From Macrostomum hystrix (taxonomy: Eukaryota > Animalia > Platyhelminthes), in contig CATNEN010000034.1 of assembly GCA_950097015.1 (NCBI GenBank), forward strand, positions 1,426,001 to 1,490,000: a DNA stretch of 64,000 nt, in the 5' to 3' direction. A program made the position numbers and the translations under genes. Every line of letters begins with the position of its first letter. Position 1 is the stretch's first letter. A model generated the notes under the pieces. It was not told the origin of the DNA. It saw nothing but the letters and a program-made list of their open reading frames with translations, and made no database searches. Positions 24,780 to 38,468 of this stretch are shown here, in pieces.

Positions 24780-25000
24780 TCTCTGTTAATCTCATCCTGT
24801 TAATATCATCCTATTAATCTCACCCTGTAAATCTCACACCATAAATCTCACTATTAATCTGACCCTATTAATCTCTTTACATTAATCTCACTTAATTCAT
24901 GTCACTGTAATAATCTCGCTGTATTAATCTCACCCTATTAATCTGACCCTAATAATCTCTCTATAAATCTCAATCGATTAATCTCACCTTATAATCTCAC
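24780..25000. repeat. Degenerate AT-rich repeat (TTAATCTCACCCTAT-like) just upstream of the Frizzled first coding exon
   Basis: Recurrent TAATCTC units. Confidence 0.7.
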
Positions 25001-25001
25001 C

Positions 25002-28000
25002 ATGCCTGTCCACTGCCCGCAGCCTTCTGCTCCTGCTGCAGCTGACGGGTCACACGGGTCTGGGCCAGTCGGGTGGCCCGGGCGGTCGCCACTTATCCGG
25101 CGGCCCGGATTTGTCCGTCTCGGCGCCGAAAAAATGCCAACTGATCAACGTGCCGATGTGCAGGAACATCGGCTACAACTACACCTCCATGCCAAATCAG
25201 CACGGACACGAGAGTCAGGAAGAGGCCGGGCTTGAGGTGAGGTCTCGATAAACAGTTGTTTGTCGAATTGTATTCATTTAAATTATCCACGGTTCTTACC
25301 GGAGTTCTCATTAGATTCAGCGCAGAATTGCAATGTCGGCTGGGAGATTTCCCTGGTAAGATGGGCAGCAATTAAGCGGCATTCAATTGGGCGTAACAAA
25401 AAAATAGCAGACAGTTTATTCGGGAGGATGTTCGGAATCGAATCTTTCGCGGCTGTCAGTAATTGTTGGGGGGGGAGGTAGCTGTGTGGGCCAGGCAGTC
25501 CACTTAGGCAGTATTGCAGTAGAAAGCAAAGCTAGCATTAGATGATTATTCGAGAAATAACAAGCCGCATCTGCAAGGTTGGTAACTGGGGGGAGGTGGT
25601 GGGGTCTGGGTTGAATGAAGAGGGACTGCGATTCCGGACCCACCGCCCCAGTGACAGCCGTCAATCCATGCAGCTCTTGGTGGGGATTCTTCGATGCTGA
25701 TGATGATGATGATGATGCTGATGATGATGATGATTTCTCGACTGGGATTTGATTCCAAATCTACAAAGATGCCACCCCCAACGAGAAGAGAAATAATACA
25801 AAGGCGAGGCGCGGCCTGTATCCCATCTCTTCGGGAAATAAATCCCGCGCTCTCTCGCCTTCAATCAGGCCTGACTGATGGGGGGTCAGTATGGGATCCG
25901 CTTCACGCCAGGCCTCGATAATTGTGGGAAAATGAAGCCAAGAAAAAGAATAGCGAAAAAAAATCATGATGAAAGAGATTTTCGCAGATCGATTCGAATC
26001 CCCGGGCCAGAGATTCTTGCGCCTCCGAGGACCAGGAAATCCAAGCAGAAATATTTCTGCCAGGATGCATTGGCTCAGTCACAGATGCTTCAGTTAAATG
26101 AAATAAACAACTCTAATAAAATAAACCGCGTTCCACATTCCCGAAGAGGATATTTCATATTCCATAGCTGGCCATGAGTGGGTCATTTGTGCCTATTGCA
26201 TCATCCTGCCTCATAGTCGAGTGTGCTGAGCTCCAAAATAAACAGTCTTTCAATTTAAAAGCTAGCCTGCCTACAAAGACCTCGCATGAACACCCGTTCA
26301 AAAGACACTTCAAAACAGAACGAAGAGATCACCAGTTCATAAAATCAGTTTAAAACTTTTATTCTAAACGGATTACATGCGTTTGAAGTCACAGATATTC
26401 TATGGCCAATGCAACTTTTTTCGGATCCTGCAGTGTTTAGAGCTTCAGAAGTCTGACCGAGAGGTCCGGAGTTCGAGTCTTAGCCCAAGGGAAATAATAT
26501 AATAGTTGCACGAGGGCTGTGGGCAATGGCAAATTATCAAGTGACATTAGACCCACAGCCAGCAATGAGGCAATTCTGCCCATTTCGCTGACTCCTGAGC
26601 ACACACGCACACAGATACTGTCTGAAAGCACACGCTCACACAGGTGTGCACATCTGCCCTGACTTTCTCATCGTCAGGCAGTGTACACTTTCACTGTGCC
26701 TTGGAGGTTGGCGCTCAAGGGCTTAAAATTGCACGACAAGCCCCAAGCAAGCTCTCCGCAGCTTCTCTCCGCCGTGACCTCGCCGCGGAATCGAGCTCAG
26801 AGACCTTGGCGCGAGGGGCAAACGCGTAAAAACCGTTCTGGCACATGATTGTAGATGTAGATGTAAATTTTAAATAGGTTGAATAAAATACACGGCTACC
26901 CGGACAAGTGCCGCATTAAAATACTTACACAATATGAGGACTCTAAAAAACATAAAAAAAAACGAATCAATTGCGGCAGGATACACGAGGTCGGTATCGA
27001 GCGGTTTTCTCTGCTCGTGCCAGACCAGATGGAGGGCGCCGCCGCCGGGGCTTCTGACCCGATCGAAGGGGATCTGAGCGGGAACCCCGGCTAAAGCTGG
27101 GATTGTTATAGAATTCTTCTGGGACCCAAACTGCTCCAGACCTTAAAAGAAGAAGAGAGAAGTTTTGAGACCAATTTTCATCCCTTCCTGGAGCAGCAAT
27201 CAATCCACCATCCGTCTACATTAATTAGCAAGCATATCGAGCCCTGGTACTGCCCTAACAGGGATCCCTCCGACCGCCAAGAAAATGGGGCGAACACGGA
27301 GCAGAGATTAGCATAGCTAGCGATGAAGAACATTACTCAATATTGTCCTTTATGTCAGCTCATGTTACTTTCTTACTTGGTTGTACTTTTAGCCTATCCA
27401 AAGAACAAGACAGTCGCAGCACACTGTACTTGTGTGTACTTTTACCAAGCTTTAATAGAATTATAATCTTCTTGAATTTGACAGGTGCACCAATTCTGGC
27501 CACTAGTCGAAATCTCATGCAGTCAGGATCTGCGCTTCTTTCTCTGCAGCATGTACGTGCCCATCTGCATGCACAACTATGACAGACACCTGCCGGCCTG
27601 CCGATCCGTCTGTCTGCGAGCCAAGCGCGGCTGCGCGCCACTCATGCGACAGTACGGCTTCAGCTGGCCAGACAAGATGGACTGCTCCAAACTACCTGGT
27701 GAGTGCCTGCTGCTGCTGCTGCTCTTCACCTCACACTGGGCTTGCCCCCGAGTCTGCCCCCCAGACTGCCCCTGAGACTGTCCCCGAGTCTGCACCTGAG
27801 ACTGCCCCTGAGACTTTGAATGCACAACTTAACTTAGAGAGCCCTGTTAATTACTGCGAAATTTGGAACTATAACGATAACGAATCAATGACAGTCGGAG
27901 AGAATCTATGAGAGAGGCGAGATAATAGAGCTAATTCCTTTATCCAGAGCTGGTATTGATCCCATTGCTATAGAGTGTCTTGTGATCTAATTTCACCCAG

Positions 28001-30664
28001 CTCAATACATCGCACTTAACTGCCACTCAAGAACTGTAGCTGCTCTTCCTGATCTCTTAGGCTGCCTAAAAATCGATTCTATTTAAGCATCAGGCTGGTT
28101 GTTAGTGTTTCTAACACGACTGTTACCGGCCCAGAACAATTCAACAGGACCGCAGCGTCACACATTCGCATTAGTTTTCTTTTCAGTGTTGAATAAAATA
28201 GTAGTTGCGAGTTGGAGAGAATGGTATTTCAGAAGCGCCTAATGGCAACTGAAGAGCTAAGGTAGAAATGGGCTGACGGAGACGGAGAGCCGGCACAGGA
28301 GAATAAAGAAAGGGGCTGGCGGCCCCATACAGGACCTTTTTTTCTGATTCCCTCTTCAAATTTTCATGCATTGGGACCAGTTAAGCTGCATCCTAAAAAA
28401 TAGATCCCTACTTTTTGTCCCTTAACGCAAAAGAGAGAGACGGAGAGAGAGAGTCAGAGCGAGATGCTGAGTAGGAAGGCGGCATTGAGCAAAATTGTAT
28501 GTTTTTTCCAGCGCATTGTTGGCCGCCGAGCTGTCGGGAAAGTCTCTTTCTTTATCTCTCTCCTCCCGTCTATCTTCCTCTGTGGATCGGCTCATCTGAC
28601 TGGGACTCACTCACAATGCCTTCTATTGTGGTAGCGCATTTTGCTCTGCCTCCGCCGCACTGCGGGTGGGGGAGGCGGCCCCTGGCAGCCAGCTTTTCCA
28701 CAAGCCCTTTTTTTACTCCAGACGACCCGAAAAAGAAGATCTTTGAATTTACATTGAAGTCATTGAATTTCTGCAACGCGATGGACGATAAACAGTGATT
28801 TATAGGAATCCTCATTCTCTAACGATTTTCGCCCTTCGATGCATGTCATCCTAACACCATCTTCAGGAACTAATTAATCAACAATTATTTAGAAATTTAA
28901 ATCTCAATTAAACTAAATAAACTAAATTATACAAGTATATTTCTAGTGGGTCTATAAGAGTGCCATGGAAGCTTGTCTGCGGCGCAACAGTACGGTTGTA
29001 CTTTCTCTTCACTGACGTGAAGACAATTTATTGAATTGATTGGAGATCACAATACTTTTTTGTGTTGTGAAATGTATCTGAAACTAATGCTTGGCCCCCC
29101 CACTCAATCCACAAACTGTGCGCAGACTTTGGCGACCCGGACATCCTGTGCATGGACGTGAACCATACCGAGTCCACCCAGTACAGAAACTCCCTGTCTG
29201 GCACCAGCCCGCCGCCAGAATCCGACGCTTCATCCGGCACCTCCGCCCCTAGCTGCGAGTGCCGCTGCCAGGCGCCTCTGGTGCAGCTGACTGAGAATGA
29301 AGCCCACTTCAACAAGGTGCACACTGCCGGCCTGCCCAACTGCGCCATGCCCTGCGAGGGCTTGTTTTTCTCGGAGAAGGATCGGGACCGGCAATTTGCC
29401 AGCGTCTGGATTGGCATGTGGTCGATTCTGTGCGCAATAAGCTCCACAGTCACTGTGCTCACATTTATGATCAATTCAAAGCGTTTTAACTATCCGGAGA
29501 GGCCTATTGTCATGCTGTCCGCTTGCTACGTGATGGTCTCCGCCGGCTACATTGTCCGCCTGGCTGTGGGGCCGCAGAGCATCGCCTGCGACGGTCGGGT
29601 GCTGCGCTACGGCTCCTCGGGACCGTGGCTGTGCACTGTCGTGTTCCTGCTAACCTACCTGTTTGGCATGGCCAGCTGCGTCTGGTGGGTGATGCTCTGC
29701 GTGGCCTGGTTCTTAGCCGCCGGGCTCAAGTGGGGCAGCGAAGCCATCGCCAAGTACAGCGAGGTGAGCGTAGCCTTAATTACAGGCTAGATTATTTTCG
29801 AAGGCTTAATAGCCTAGCATTAGCCAGAATTATTGCCGTATCTTTAATCATACACAAGCACCATTATATATGCTAAACACACAGGTATTCCACTGCATCG
29901 CTTGGTTCCTGCCGATTGCAAAGTTCATCCTAATCCTCACCTTCTCCCTCGTTGATGGCGATCCGGTCTCTGGTATTTGCTCGGTCGGCAACACCAACCT
30001 CACCGCTATGCGGCTGTTCGTACTTCTACCTCTGGTTGCCTACCTCCTCATCGGCAGCATCTTCCTGCTCACGGGCTTTGTGGCTCTATTCCGTATTCGC
30101 TCCGTCATCAAGCAGCAGGCCAGCGCCAAGACCTACAAGCTGGAGAAGCTGATGATCCGCATCGGCATATTTTCCATCTTGTACACCTTGCCAGCCTCCG
30201 TTGTGATCGCCTGCCATTTCTACGAGTCGCAGATGCGCGATAAATGGCTTCAGGAGAAGGCCTGCCGATGCCCGGGCGAGAAGCCGGCTGCCGAGCCAGA
30301 GTACGGCGTCTTCATGTTGAGGCAGTTCATGCAGCTGGCAGTGGGCATCACTAGCGGAGTCTGGGTCTGGTCTAGTAAGACTCTGCACACTTGGCGCCAG
30401 TTCTTTGGCCGAGTTTTCTGCTGCAACGGTACCGGACGCGGAGGCGGAGGCGGCGGCGGAGGCGGATTCGCTCGCGGCTCTACTGGAGGTCACCATTACA
30501 TCGGCGGTGCCGGCGGAGGAGCAGCAGCGGCAGCAGCCTCTGCGGCCACTGTCAGCCTGACTGGGGATCCGCGCTCGCATTACAAGTTTACGCAGGCCCC
30601 GGTGCAGCCGCCGCCGCTGCCACTGCTGCCGCAGTCGGGCGGAAGTCAGATGTCGCACGTGTGA
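25002..30664 (+). CDS. FZD5/8: Frizzled-5/8 family Wnt receptor; exons ~25002/25023-25236, 27485-27698, 29126-29763, 29885-30664
   Basis: CRD: KCQLINVPMCRNIGYNYTSMPNQHGHESQEEAGLE|VHQFWPLVEISCSQDLRFFLCSMYVPIC. 7TM: FNYPERPI, GLKWGSEAI, LEKLMIRIG. KTxxxW motif (SKTLHTW) and C-terminal -SHV PDZ-type end. The start is ambiguous (see findings). Confidence 0.93.
26600..26845 (-). mobile_element. SINE family A copy in Frizzled intron
   Basis: GACTTTCTCATCGTCAGGCAGTGTACAC...GCGGAATCGAGCTCAG.GACCTTGG.GCGAGGGGCAAACGCG is nearly identical to 13573-13772. Confidence 0.75.
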
Positions 30665-30774
30665 TACCGTTCGGACTAACCCGCCAACTAACCCCTCCGA
30701 AATCCCACACCCCCTGTCTGTGTGCTTGTTGACTGACAAAATATTTTCTTATGCTTGTCACGTCTTCACTGTCT

Positions 30775-30795
30775 GTCTCTCCCTGACTGTCTGTC

Positions 30796-30830
<35 letters not shown>

Positions 30831-30842
30831 CTGTCTGTCCAT
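30775..30842. repeat. (CTGT)n microsatellite downstream of the Frizzled stop
   Basis: Direct reading. Confidence 0.9.
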
Positions 30843-33800
30843 CTTTGTGTCCCCATCTTACTGCCTAAAACAAAATGCAATCGCAGACTTAACTTTATTA
30901 GAAGCTCACTCGTTGGAGTGGGTGCTAATGTCTATGGTAACTGTACAAGCCCGAACCAATGCCTTTGTACATGCAAGCTAACTATTTACTTATAGATGCT
31001 ATTGGCAAAAAAGCAACAGCCTTTAGTTTCATTTCACTCGACTTAATCGATTATATTGGATAATATTTTTCCTTTGACTTGCCACGCAATCACTCAAACA
31101 AGAATCAATACGCACGTGACTGTTTTGCACTGATGTGAACTTTTTTAGGCGATTTTAAAATACATTTTCGCATTAGATGCCAGATGCAGTTGTGAACAAA
31201 CTCTTTACTAGAACCACATTTTCTCAATCTCAACGCTTTGTGTAATATAGATCACGCAACTATGATGCACCAGACTGATCAATGCACGTCTTGCTTGCTT
31301 GTAGCAATTTTCTGTTGCTGTGTCTCGCCGTTTTCTACAATTGCATAGTCTGTAGTGGCACTTTTTCAAATTTGCTGCCTTTTATTATATATTTCTGTTC
31401 GATTGACAATGCATGTAGATTAATTTTCCCTTATTTTTAAGATGCCATGAGCAGGCCGTTTGAACACTGCTGGTTTGAGTGGCGTTAAGAATGGAAATTC
31501 TTATTTAGAATTGGCATTTCTGTTCAGTTTCTTTGTATACTATTTTCATTTCCCAATGCCTAGTGGCTCTCTGTCGCAATCGGACGGGAGACGGATTAAT
31601 GGGCGAATCAATGCACTCGGTGTACAGAATCTGTTGCATACAAAATTTTCTGCATGACCTCACTCTCACGATCTCATCTGCTTAGCTCAGGCTCTTATGC
31701 TTTGTTTTACTAGAAACAACTGGAAACTTTCAAGCTTTCTTATAGACGTTTCACGATTACGATCAAGCTCTGTCGCAAACTTGGAATGAACAAAATAACC
31801 AGACAACCCGATTAGGAAAAATCCGTCGGGTAAATATGAATAACAAATCAATCAGAGCCCATTTTAATCGACTATTTGCATGCGTTACGCACGTTTTTGC
31901 TACTCTACTTGCAGTAGAAGCACAAGCACAGGCTTGTCTTTTTTTAAACTTTGTAAAAAATCTTACAAGGCGTACCTTCTTGGAGGCTCTGTTGAGATTT
32001 TCATAGAAAACAAAATATCGAGCTTAGACTGTAAAATCCGCGTTTAATTTGCACTTTTCTGCTTTAAGAGCTTCTCACCTTTTTTGACACATTTTTTGAC
32101 TCTTGAAATCTATATTTTTAACCAGCGTCTTTTCTATTGTGCATTGTCTTGCTGGGAACAAATCTTAAACACCGAATTCGATGATCTCTTCGTCATGTGA
32201 TACGTTCGGCCAGCTAGCTAATTTTGTATATGCAGTTTGATCTAGACTCTTTGATTAGCAGCACTTGCCTGTTCCTTCAATGTGCTTTTTAGGAATTATC
32301 TTTTTAGGACCCAATGTCTGTGAGGCTGCTTGCATGCCTCTTGACTTCACGAGTCGGACAACGACTCTATATTACCAAATATAATTGGCCTTCGTGGTTT
32401 TGTCACTCCTTTATCTTGTTTTCTTTTCAGAACCTCACTCTGTCGCACAAACTATAGTTTCCCTCAAGTGTTCGTTATTTACACAAAAGTCTTATATGAT
32501 GAATCATGCTGACAGAAAAGTACAGAAAGCTGAAAACAAAACAGAAAATAAAAAACTGAGAGGCGAACAGAATCCGCTCGTATCCTATATGCCACAAAAA
32601 GCATCTTGGATCACATTAGAATTAAAGAATCAAGAACGACCAACTAAGTTTTTTTCGCACTCTGCCCATCAATAGACAACAGATGAAAAGTCTCCCTCAC
32701 TGCGTGTGCGCGTTTGGGGTGGGTATGTTCGACCGTAGTGGATATCGATTTTTCTATGGGTACATCATCAGCTTGCAAGAAAGTCTGGGAGTGGCCAGCC
32801 TAGGAGGGGTGGGTATCGATTTTTTATGGGCGTAGGCTGAGCGTCAGGGGAGAGAGAAGTAACAGCTTGGGTCCCTCTTCCTGAAAACTGTTGTCTATGG
32901 CAATTACAAGCGCAAAAGCAGCGCTGTTTAGAAGCTCCATCTATTCTAAAGTGACATTAGAGACCTTAACTGCAGAGGCGACGGCGACTGTTCGTCTTCT
33001 AGCACTTCAAAGTTTCTGTTTGGGAGCTGTTAGGTAAGTTGTGTTTTTTTTCTCTGAATAATTTGTATATTTTTAATATTTTTAATGTTATATTTATATT
33101 TTATGAGACACCACTGGCATGCATCTAAAAAATGAAATTAGCCACTCAGATGTCAAATTTACGCATGTAATCTCCCCCCTAGTGGTGGAAGGAGCTTCAT
33201 TTGTCAAATCCTAGCTAAAAGGCCTCAAATGATCCCATTATATCATAGTTAAATTCTTACTAAGTATACATTGAATAGCATGATGAATAAACTTAATATA
33301 AAGCGCTAATATATATTATCGCTTGTTGTCGGATCGTAAAGACTTTATCAAGAGAAGTAATTTATCGAAATTTTACTTCACGTTAGTGTGCTCTGATTAA
33401 TGACCGGTCATTAACTGTAAGACAAACTTCAATTTTAATTTAAAGGGCAAACCAGACAAACGAAGCCACAATTTATTTTAAATTAATTTAGGTAAAGTCC
33501 TATTAAGTCATATTAAGCTTCATATCATTAGCTGTCTTATTTATCAAACGAATTTGCATTCGGAGAAGGACAGAAGGTGCACTTGTTAAAGCTAAACTTC
33601 CCCATCGCCAGATTTTCCTGATTAACGCCGGTGATTTGCATGTTTGACACCACATTGACAAGCATTGCGCTACCCAATAACGCGCATGTGGGACGATCCC
33701 ATCCCACGCGCATGTGGGATGCGTGTTATTGTCACATTCTTTCTCTTATTATTTCTCGTTGTGTAATTTTGTGATTATCAAACGCCAACTTTTCAACATC

Positions 33801-33930
33801 TACCATAGACTATGGTGGAACTGCGAGTTTATTTTTCATATCAACGAGAAATCAACTTCAATGGTTAAGCAATGAACACTTTACAGTTTTTAGTTGTTTA
33901 TAGTTGCAATTCTCAATGACGCAGATGTCT

Positions 33931-35387
33931 CTAACCATTCAAGTTGAAAGTGCAGCCAGAGAAATGACAATCCGTGAAGATAGTTGAGACGTTCTGCCTA
34001 CTAAGTGTAATGTTCTGGTTACTCACGTCCATCAGTCCTAACCAATTCTGTGTTCGTACGAGAATCACTTGATTGCAAAGCTTCCCCCACAGTCGTAGCC
34101 ATGTCTCGCAGCGTGTGGTCACGTTTCCTCGATAGATACCGCCGAAATGTCGACTCAGATTGATGTCCCGTGATATTCATGATGTCGGACAGAGTATAGC
34201 CAGCTTCGTGTAGATCAGCCGTCCTAGTTACTCGAATGCAATGGTTCGTATACTTTTTGCTGAGCTCACACAGGGTGCTTAATCGAGTCATGAACGATCC
34301 TAACCAATTGATCCCACGAACCTGCTTAGTTGAAAACTGCAGCTGTCCTTCTTTATTTGCCATCGGTCTTGGAAAAAACGAATTGTCCTTGGTTTCGTTG
34401 GGCAGGACTTGAAGGTAGGTCTTAATGAGTTCATACTGACCGCCATAGATTCTCGCTTGCTTTGGGTTGAAACCTTTGGCCTTGACTGGATTGGCACTCT
34501 GGTTCTTGGTTCTGAGGTTAGGTAGCTCGTAATACTTCTTGCCGTCGCCGTCTTCTTTTTCTACGAGTATGTCTCTCTGACGAAGGTGTTGGAGGTGCTC
34601 TTGACCGCGCTCTCCCAAGACATACAATAAAGTGTAAATCACTTCATCCTGTAGTCGTTCTCCAGTCGAGCGATCAAAGTAACTGGACAACTTGGTTAGA
34701 TCGGCGCGCTCTATCGGTTCGTAACGCTTCACGCTCCCGCCTTTAGAATGAAAATCCCGCACCTTAACTCGAAGCATGCGATTGGCAGTAGCAAAGTTAG
34801 GATCATCGACGATGTTGAGTTCACGCATTGATAATGAAGTGAAAAAATCGCTGGATGCCGGCCCGAATGCAGACCAAGCTAGATGGCGAGTACGACTCTC
34901 CATTCGGTTTAGAAAGCCGAAAGTAGTAGAACCGCAGGTGCTCGTTGAGGCTACTGGGCTCCATTGTTTTGAGACTTTCAACAGGATGACCCAAGTCACT
35001 CATGTAGCTGGCAAACGCTTTGCCATAAAGGAACATTTGCTCCTTGGTCGATCTTGGTAGATAATCCACCTCGGCCTTGTCCATGACATCAGTAGCAACA
35101 GAAGCTCCATCCTCTTCACATTCCGGCAGATCGACACCAAGCAGTTCATCGTCAGATCGTGAATGATCGGTAATGAAGTTAATAAAGTCCTCCAGCTGAT
35201 TGTCATCTCGGTGATTGTCACTGCTCAGCTCCGCAATGAATGAGTATTCGCTGGATGAAACGCCATCGAGACTATCAACCGGCAGATGAGACCAATTGAT
35301 AAGATGCGTAGCGGTCATGTTTAAGGCAGGCAAGCGAAGACGGCTTAAAATGAAAAACTGAGAAGTCTTCGCTGTAACTTCGAACAT
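33931..35387 (-). pseudogene. YR1: Crypton/DUF3504-like tyrosine recombinase, full length, two frameshifts (~34845 in a T run and ~34050)
   Basis: Complete catalytic set: GERG (R), TKN (K), NHCIR (HxxR), TGH, RRY (Y). N-terminal core-binding region FYYFRLSKPNGESYSPSSL. C-tail FTDCHFSGCTFNLN lies in a shifted frame. Confidence 0.88.
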
Positions 35388-35432
35388 TTAAGACCAAAGT
35401 TTCTGACGAATTACCATAGACGGTATCTAAAT

Positions 35433-36345
35433 TTAGTCATGCATTATCAACCGTTTGATCTCCTGTAGGGCGACCGTCACCTCACGTCTCAGAATTCCCA
35501 TTCTCCGGGTGTGCAATGTGATGCCAAGGTTTGCTGCTGCAGCCGTATTGAGCAGTTCCGCACGAACTTCAGGCTGTGAGAGCAAGTGTCCGACGGCAGT
35601 CTTTAAGCAGGAGCCAGCCATTTCAGCCACATTTAAAAAGGGCGAGTATGGAGCCAGCTCTTTGGTGGAATGACCCAGGAACATTGTTGTGAGCGCGAGC
35701 GCCATCATGCACCAGAGTCCATGGTCCGTCCACTAGCTCATTTAACTGAAACAAAAATGCTGCGAAATGGCCGCTTGTGAATCCGCCATCCACCAGCGCA
35801 TGGTGTACCAGACCGCATTGGGGTGAAACCGCCAGACAAATTGTCAGGTTTCTCCCTCGTTGTCCGCTCGTAATCATCAGATTCCCTCCCATACCGTCAT
35901 TCAACATCCAACTCGCGAACTGCCACCGAGCCTCCTTCACCACGTCCGTGTTCCAGTTCACAGTAATCTGACGACTGGCCTTTAGAGTGATGAGCTGGCA
36001 GTCAAGCATCCGACTGAGCGTTGAAAGACTTGGTGCCTGTTGGCCAGGATTCTGAGCCTGTAGGTGGTCTCTCATGCTGGCAAGGGTGACATTGCCAGGG
36101 GTTTCTTCAATCAGAAGCTTCACACTGTCAATCAGATCTTTAGTAAGCAGCTTCGGTCGTCCGCCTCCTTGGGGTAGTCTCTCAACAAGTCCCTCTGCAG
36201 CATATCGTTCAATAATGCCCCTTGCCGTGCGCTTGTTGATTTCCAAGGTTTCAGCCAGCCGAATCCAATCTCTGCCTTCATCATACGATCGTGTCAGGCG
36301 CAATCTATCCGTCGTCGATACTGGCTTGTACGGTCCTCTCAGCAT
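35433..36345 (-). mobile_element. IS630/Tc1-like transposase, degraded (HTH domains and C-terminal D...E; first catalytic D region deleted; frameshift)
   Basis: HTH-like LAETLEINKRTARGIIERY...GGGRPK; LVHDGARAH; LAPYSPFLNVAE. Confidence 0.8.
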
Positions 36346-36654
36346 TTTGAAAACAGGATAGAGAAGGACTGCCGAATTTAAATTGCTGCGATTTTAGCAA
36401 CATATAGACACTTCACCAGTGCGAATTCAAATGCAATTTCGGCGAATTCAATCTCGACTTTTAGCTTAATTTCTATGAGCTTACTATTTTTAGACCACAT
36501 TGGCTTCTATGGGGAATTGTTTTGCAGTTTCGGCGAATTCAATTGCAAAAAGGTATAATTACGATATTAAAAAATTACAACCAGTATGAACGCATGGGGA
36601 GACTCCAAAGTTTGTCTCGTATAGTTATAGTCTGTCATAAATAGAAGACCTTGA

Positions 36655-36798
36655 TTACTCGAATACCATGTTGATCAAATTGTTGCTACCGTCAATGCTA
36701 ACACGCATCTTCTTGGTCGGACAGGCCTCGATGAGAACTGGCCGAGGAACAGGCCCGTCAATTGATGTTAGAGCGGCATCGCGACTGGTGATCGTCAT
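36655..36798 (-). pseudogene. C-terminal remnant of a YR5-type recombinase
   Basis: Manual translation MTITSRDAALTSIDGPVPRPVLIEACPTKKMRVSIDGSNNLINMVFE* matches the YR5 tail TKKMRIIADEDSNVVQFVFE*. Confidence 0.65.
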
Positions 36799-36996
36799 CA
36801 CTTGATCGTCATCACAGATTTTTGTTGTTTCGATGAGAGCTCACAGTTATATTTCACCACCAATTGTAACACGAACTGGAAAACATTTAAACAGCAACGC
36901 TTTAGATACACGATAATCTCACAGGTATAGTTACTTCGGGGTATAGTTACTTCGCACAGTTAGACGCGTCGACTGACGGTGCCGTTCTTGGACATA

Positions 36997-38468
36997 TTAC
37001 GGCCGGCCGGAAACGTGCACGTGAAATTCGCAGTGTTTGAACGTTCCAGATATGGCGGACGCCAGCATCTGCAGATCCATCCCATGCCGCACCATGGCAG
37101 GTTGCTGCTGCTGCACTACAACTCGCGCACCAGATTCCACCGTCTCCGACGCTACACACCGGGACTCGGCCGTGTCCGCAGCAGGCGCTCCCATTGCACT
37201 AATCTTGGTTGACAGCTCCGCCATTTCGGCGTCCCGCTTCCTGTTGCCACGAATGTACCTCGCGGTAGCGGTATCCGACTTATGTCCGGTGACCGCACCT
37301 ATGTCGTGAAGGGAAGCTCCAGACGCCTTCAGCTCGGTCGCGACAGTGACGCGTAGACACTGCCCGGTGTACTCCTTGCTCAGGTTGGCGGACTTGGATA
37401 TAACGCGCATCATATTTCCAAGTGTTAACCCCCACTACCTGCTTTGCGAAGTACCACGATCCGCTCAAACCGCGGACTCTAGGACGCAGGAACAGTTCGG
37501 AATTTGCCACTCCCTCCTCGCGCTTCGACTCCTTGATCTTCCGCAAGTACAGCTCGACACACTGGTATGGGCATCCGCTCTCACGAGTCTCGACCAGGAC
37601 ACTTTGCTTCCTATCCTCGGCCGACCTCGTTTCCAAGCTCCCGCGCACGTTTTTGGACTCCATTGAGGCCAACCGGAATGCACGCCGGCCATTGATGGTG
37701 CATCCGATCAGGGAATCTGTAGTCAACTTTCTGAACCATTCGCGACCCCGCAACCCGAAATGCACCGCAACTACATAGTTCTACATAGTTCTACATATAC
37801 ATCTCTTGCTGAAACTTCATCGGATCACTCCTATCGAAGTAGACGCGCAGCTTTACGAGGTCCACCGTCTCCAAGGCGCAGAATCGCATCACGGAGCCAC
37901 CTTCCTTGATGAACATTGCGGCCGTGGCCTTCAATTGCAGATTTGCCTTGGCGAAGTCTTTATCTTCGATGATATTGATTCTTCGGGTACGCATCAGATA
38001 TCTGAACACACCTGCACGCGCGGTAATCAATGAGGCCGGGGCATAGTACCCGCCATCTAGTTTGCGGATGAAGGCGTAGAAAATGCGCAGGGCGGTAACC
38101 ATCTGTTGAACACCTGCAGTCTCCAGATTGCACGGGTAGTTCTTCATTTGCAGCACCTCGTTAAATTTGCGCAAAGCCCAGTTCTCCTGCGTAAGAATGG
38201 ACCGCGGCGTGTTGTCCAGCTGCATCGTGCCCATCTCGTCCAGCAGGGCTTGCTCGGGGTCTCGGTTGCCTAACAGATCCTCGAACTCCGTCGCGTCCAG
38301 CTGCGCCAGGTCGTCAAGCATAACTTGCATAGCGGACTCCCGTTGGACTCGCTCGCCAACCTCGGAGTTAGACGCACCCACGACGTCACCTTGAGGCATG
38401 TGCACCAGTCCTAATGGAACGCCGGTACTTGCTTCGTAAATCGGATCTCCAGTCATCCTTGGGAACAT
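36997..38468 (-). pseudogene. YR2: Crypton-like tyrosine recombinase, full length, disrupted by a 10-bp tandem duplication (~37771-37797) and a frameshift (~37410)
   Basis: FYAFIRKLDGGYYAPASL, FDRSDP..FQQE, HFGLRGRE, SKN, CPY, FLRP, YTGQCLR, TGH, ARY; tail FKHCEFHV. Confidence 0.87.
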
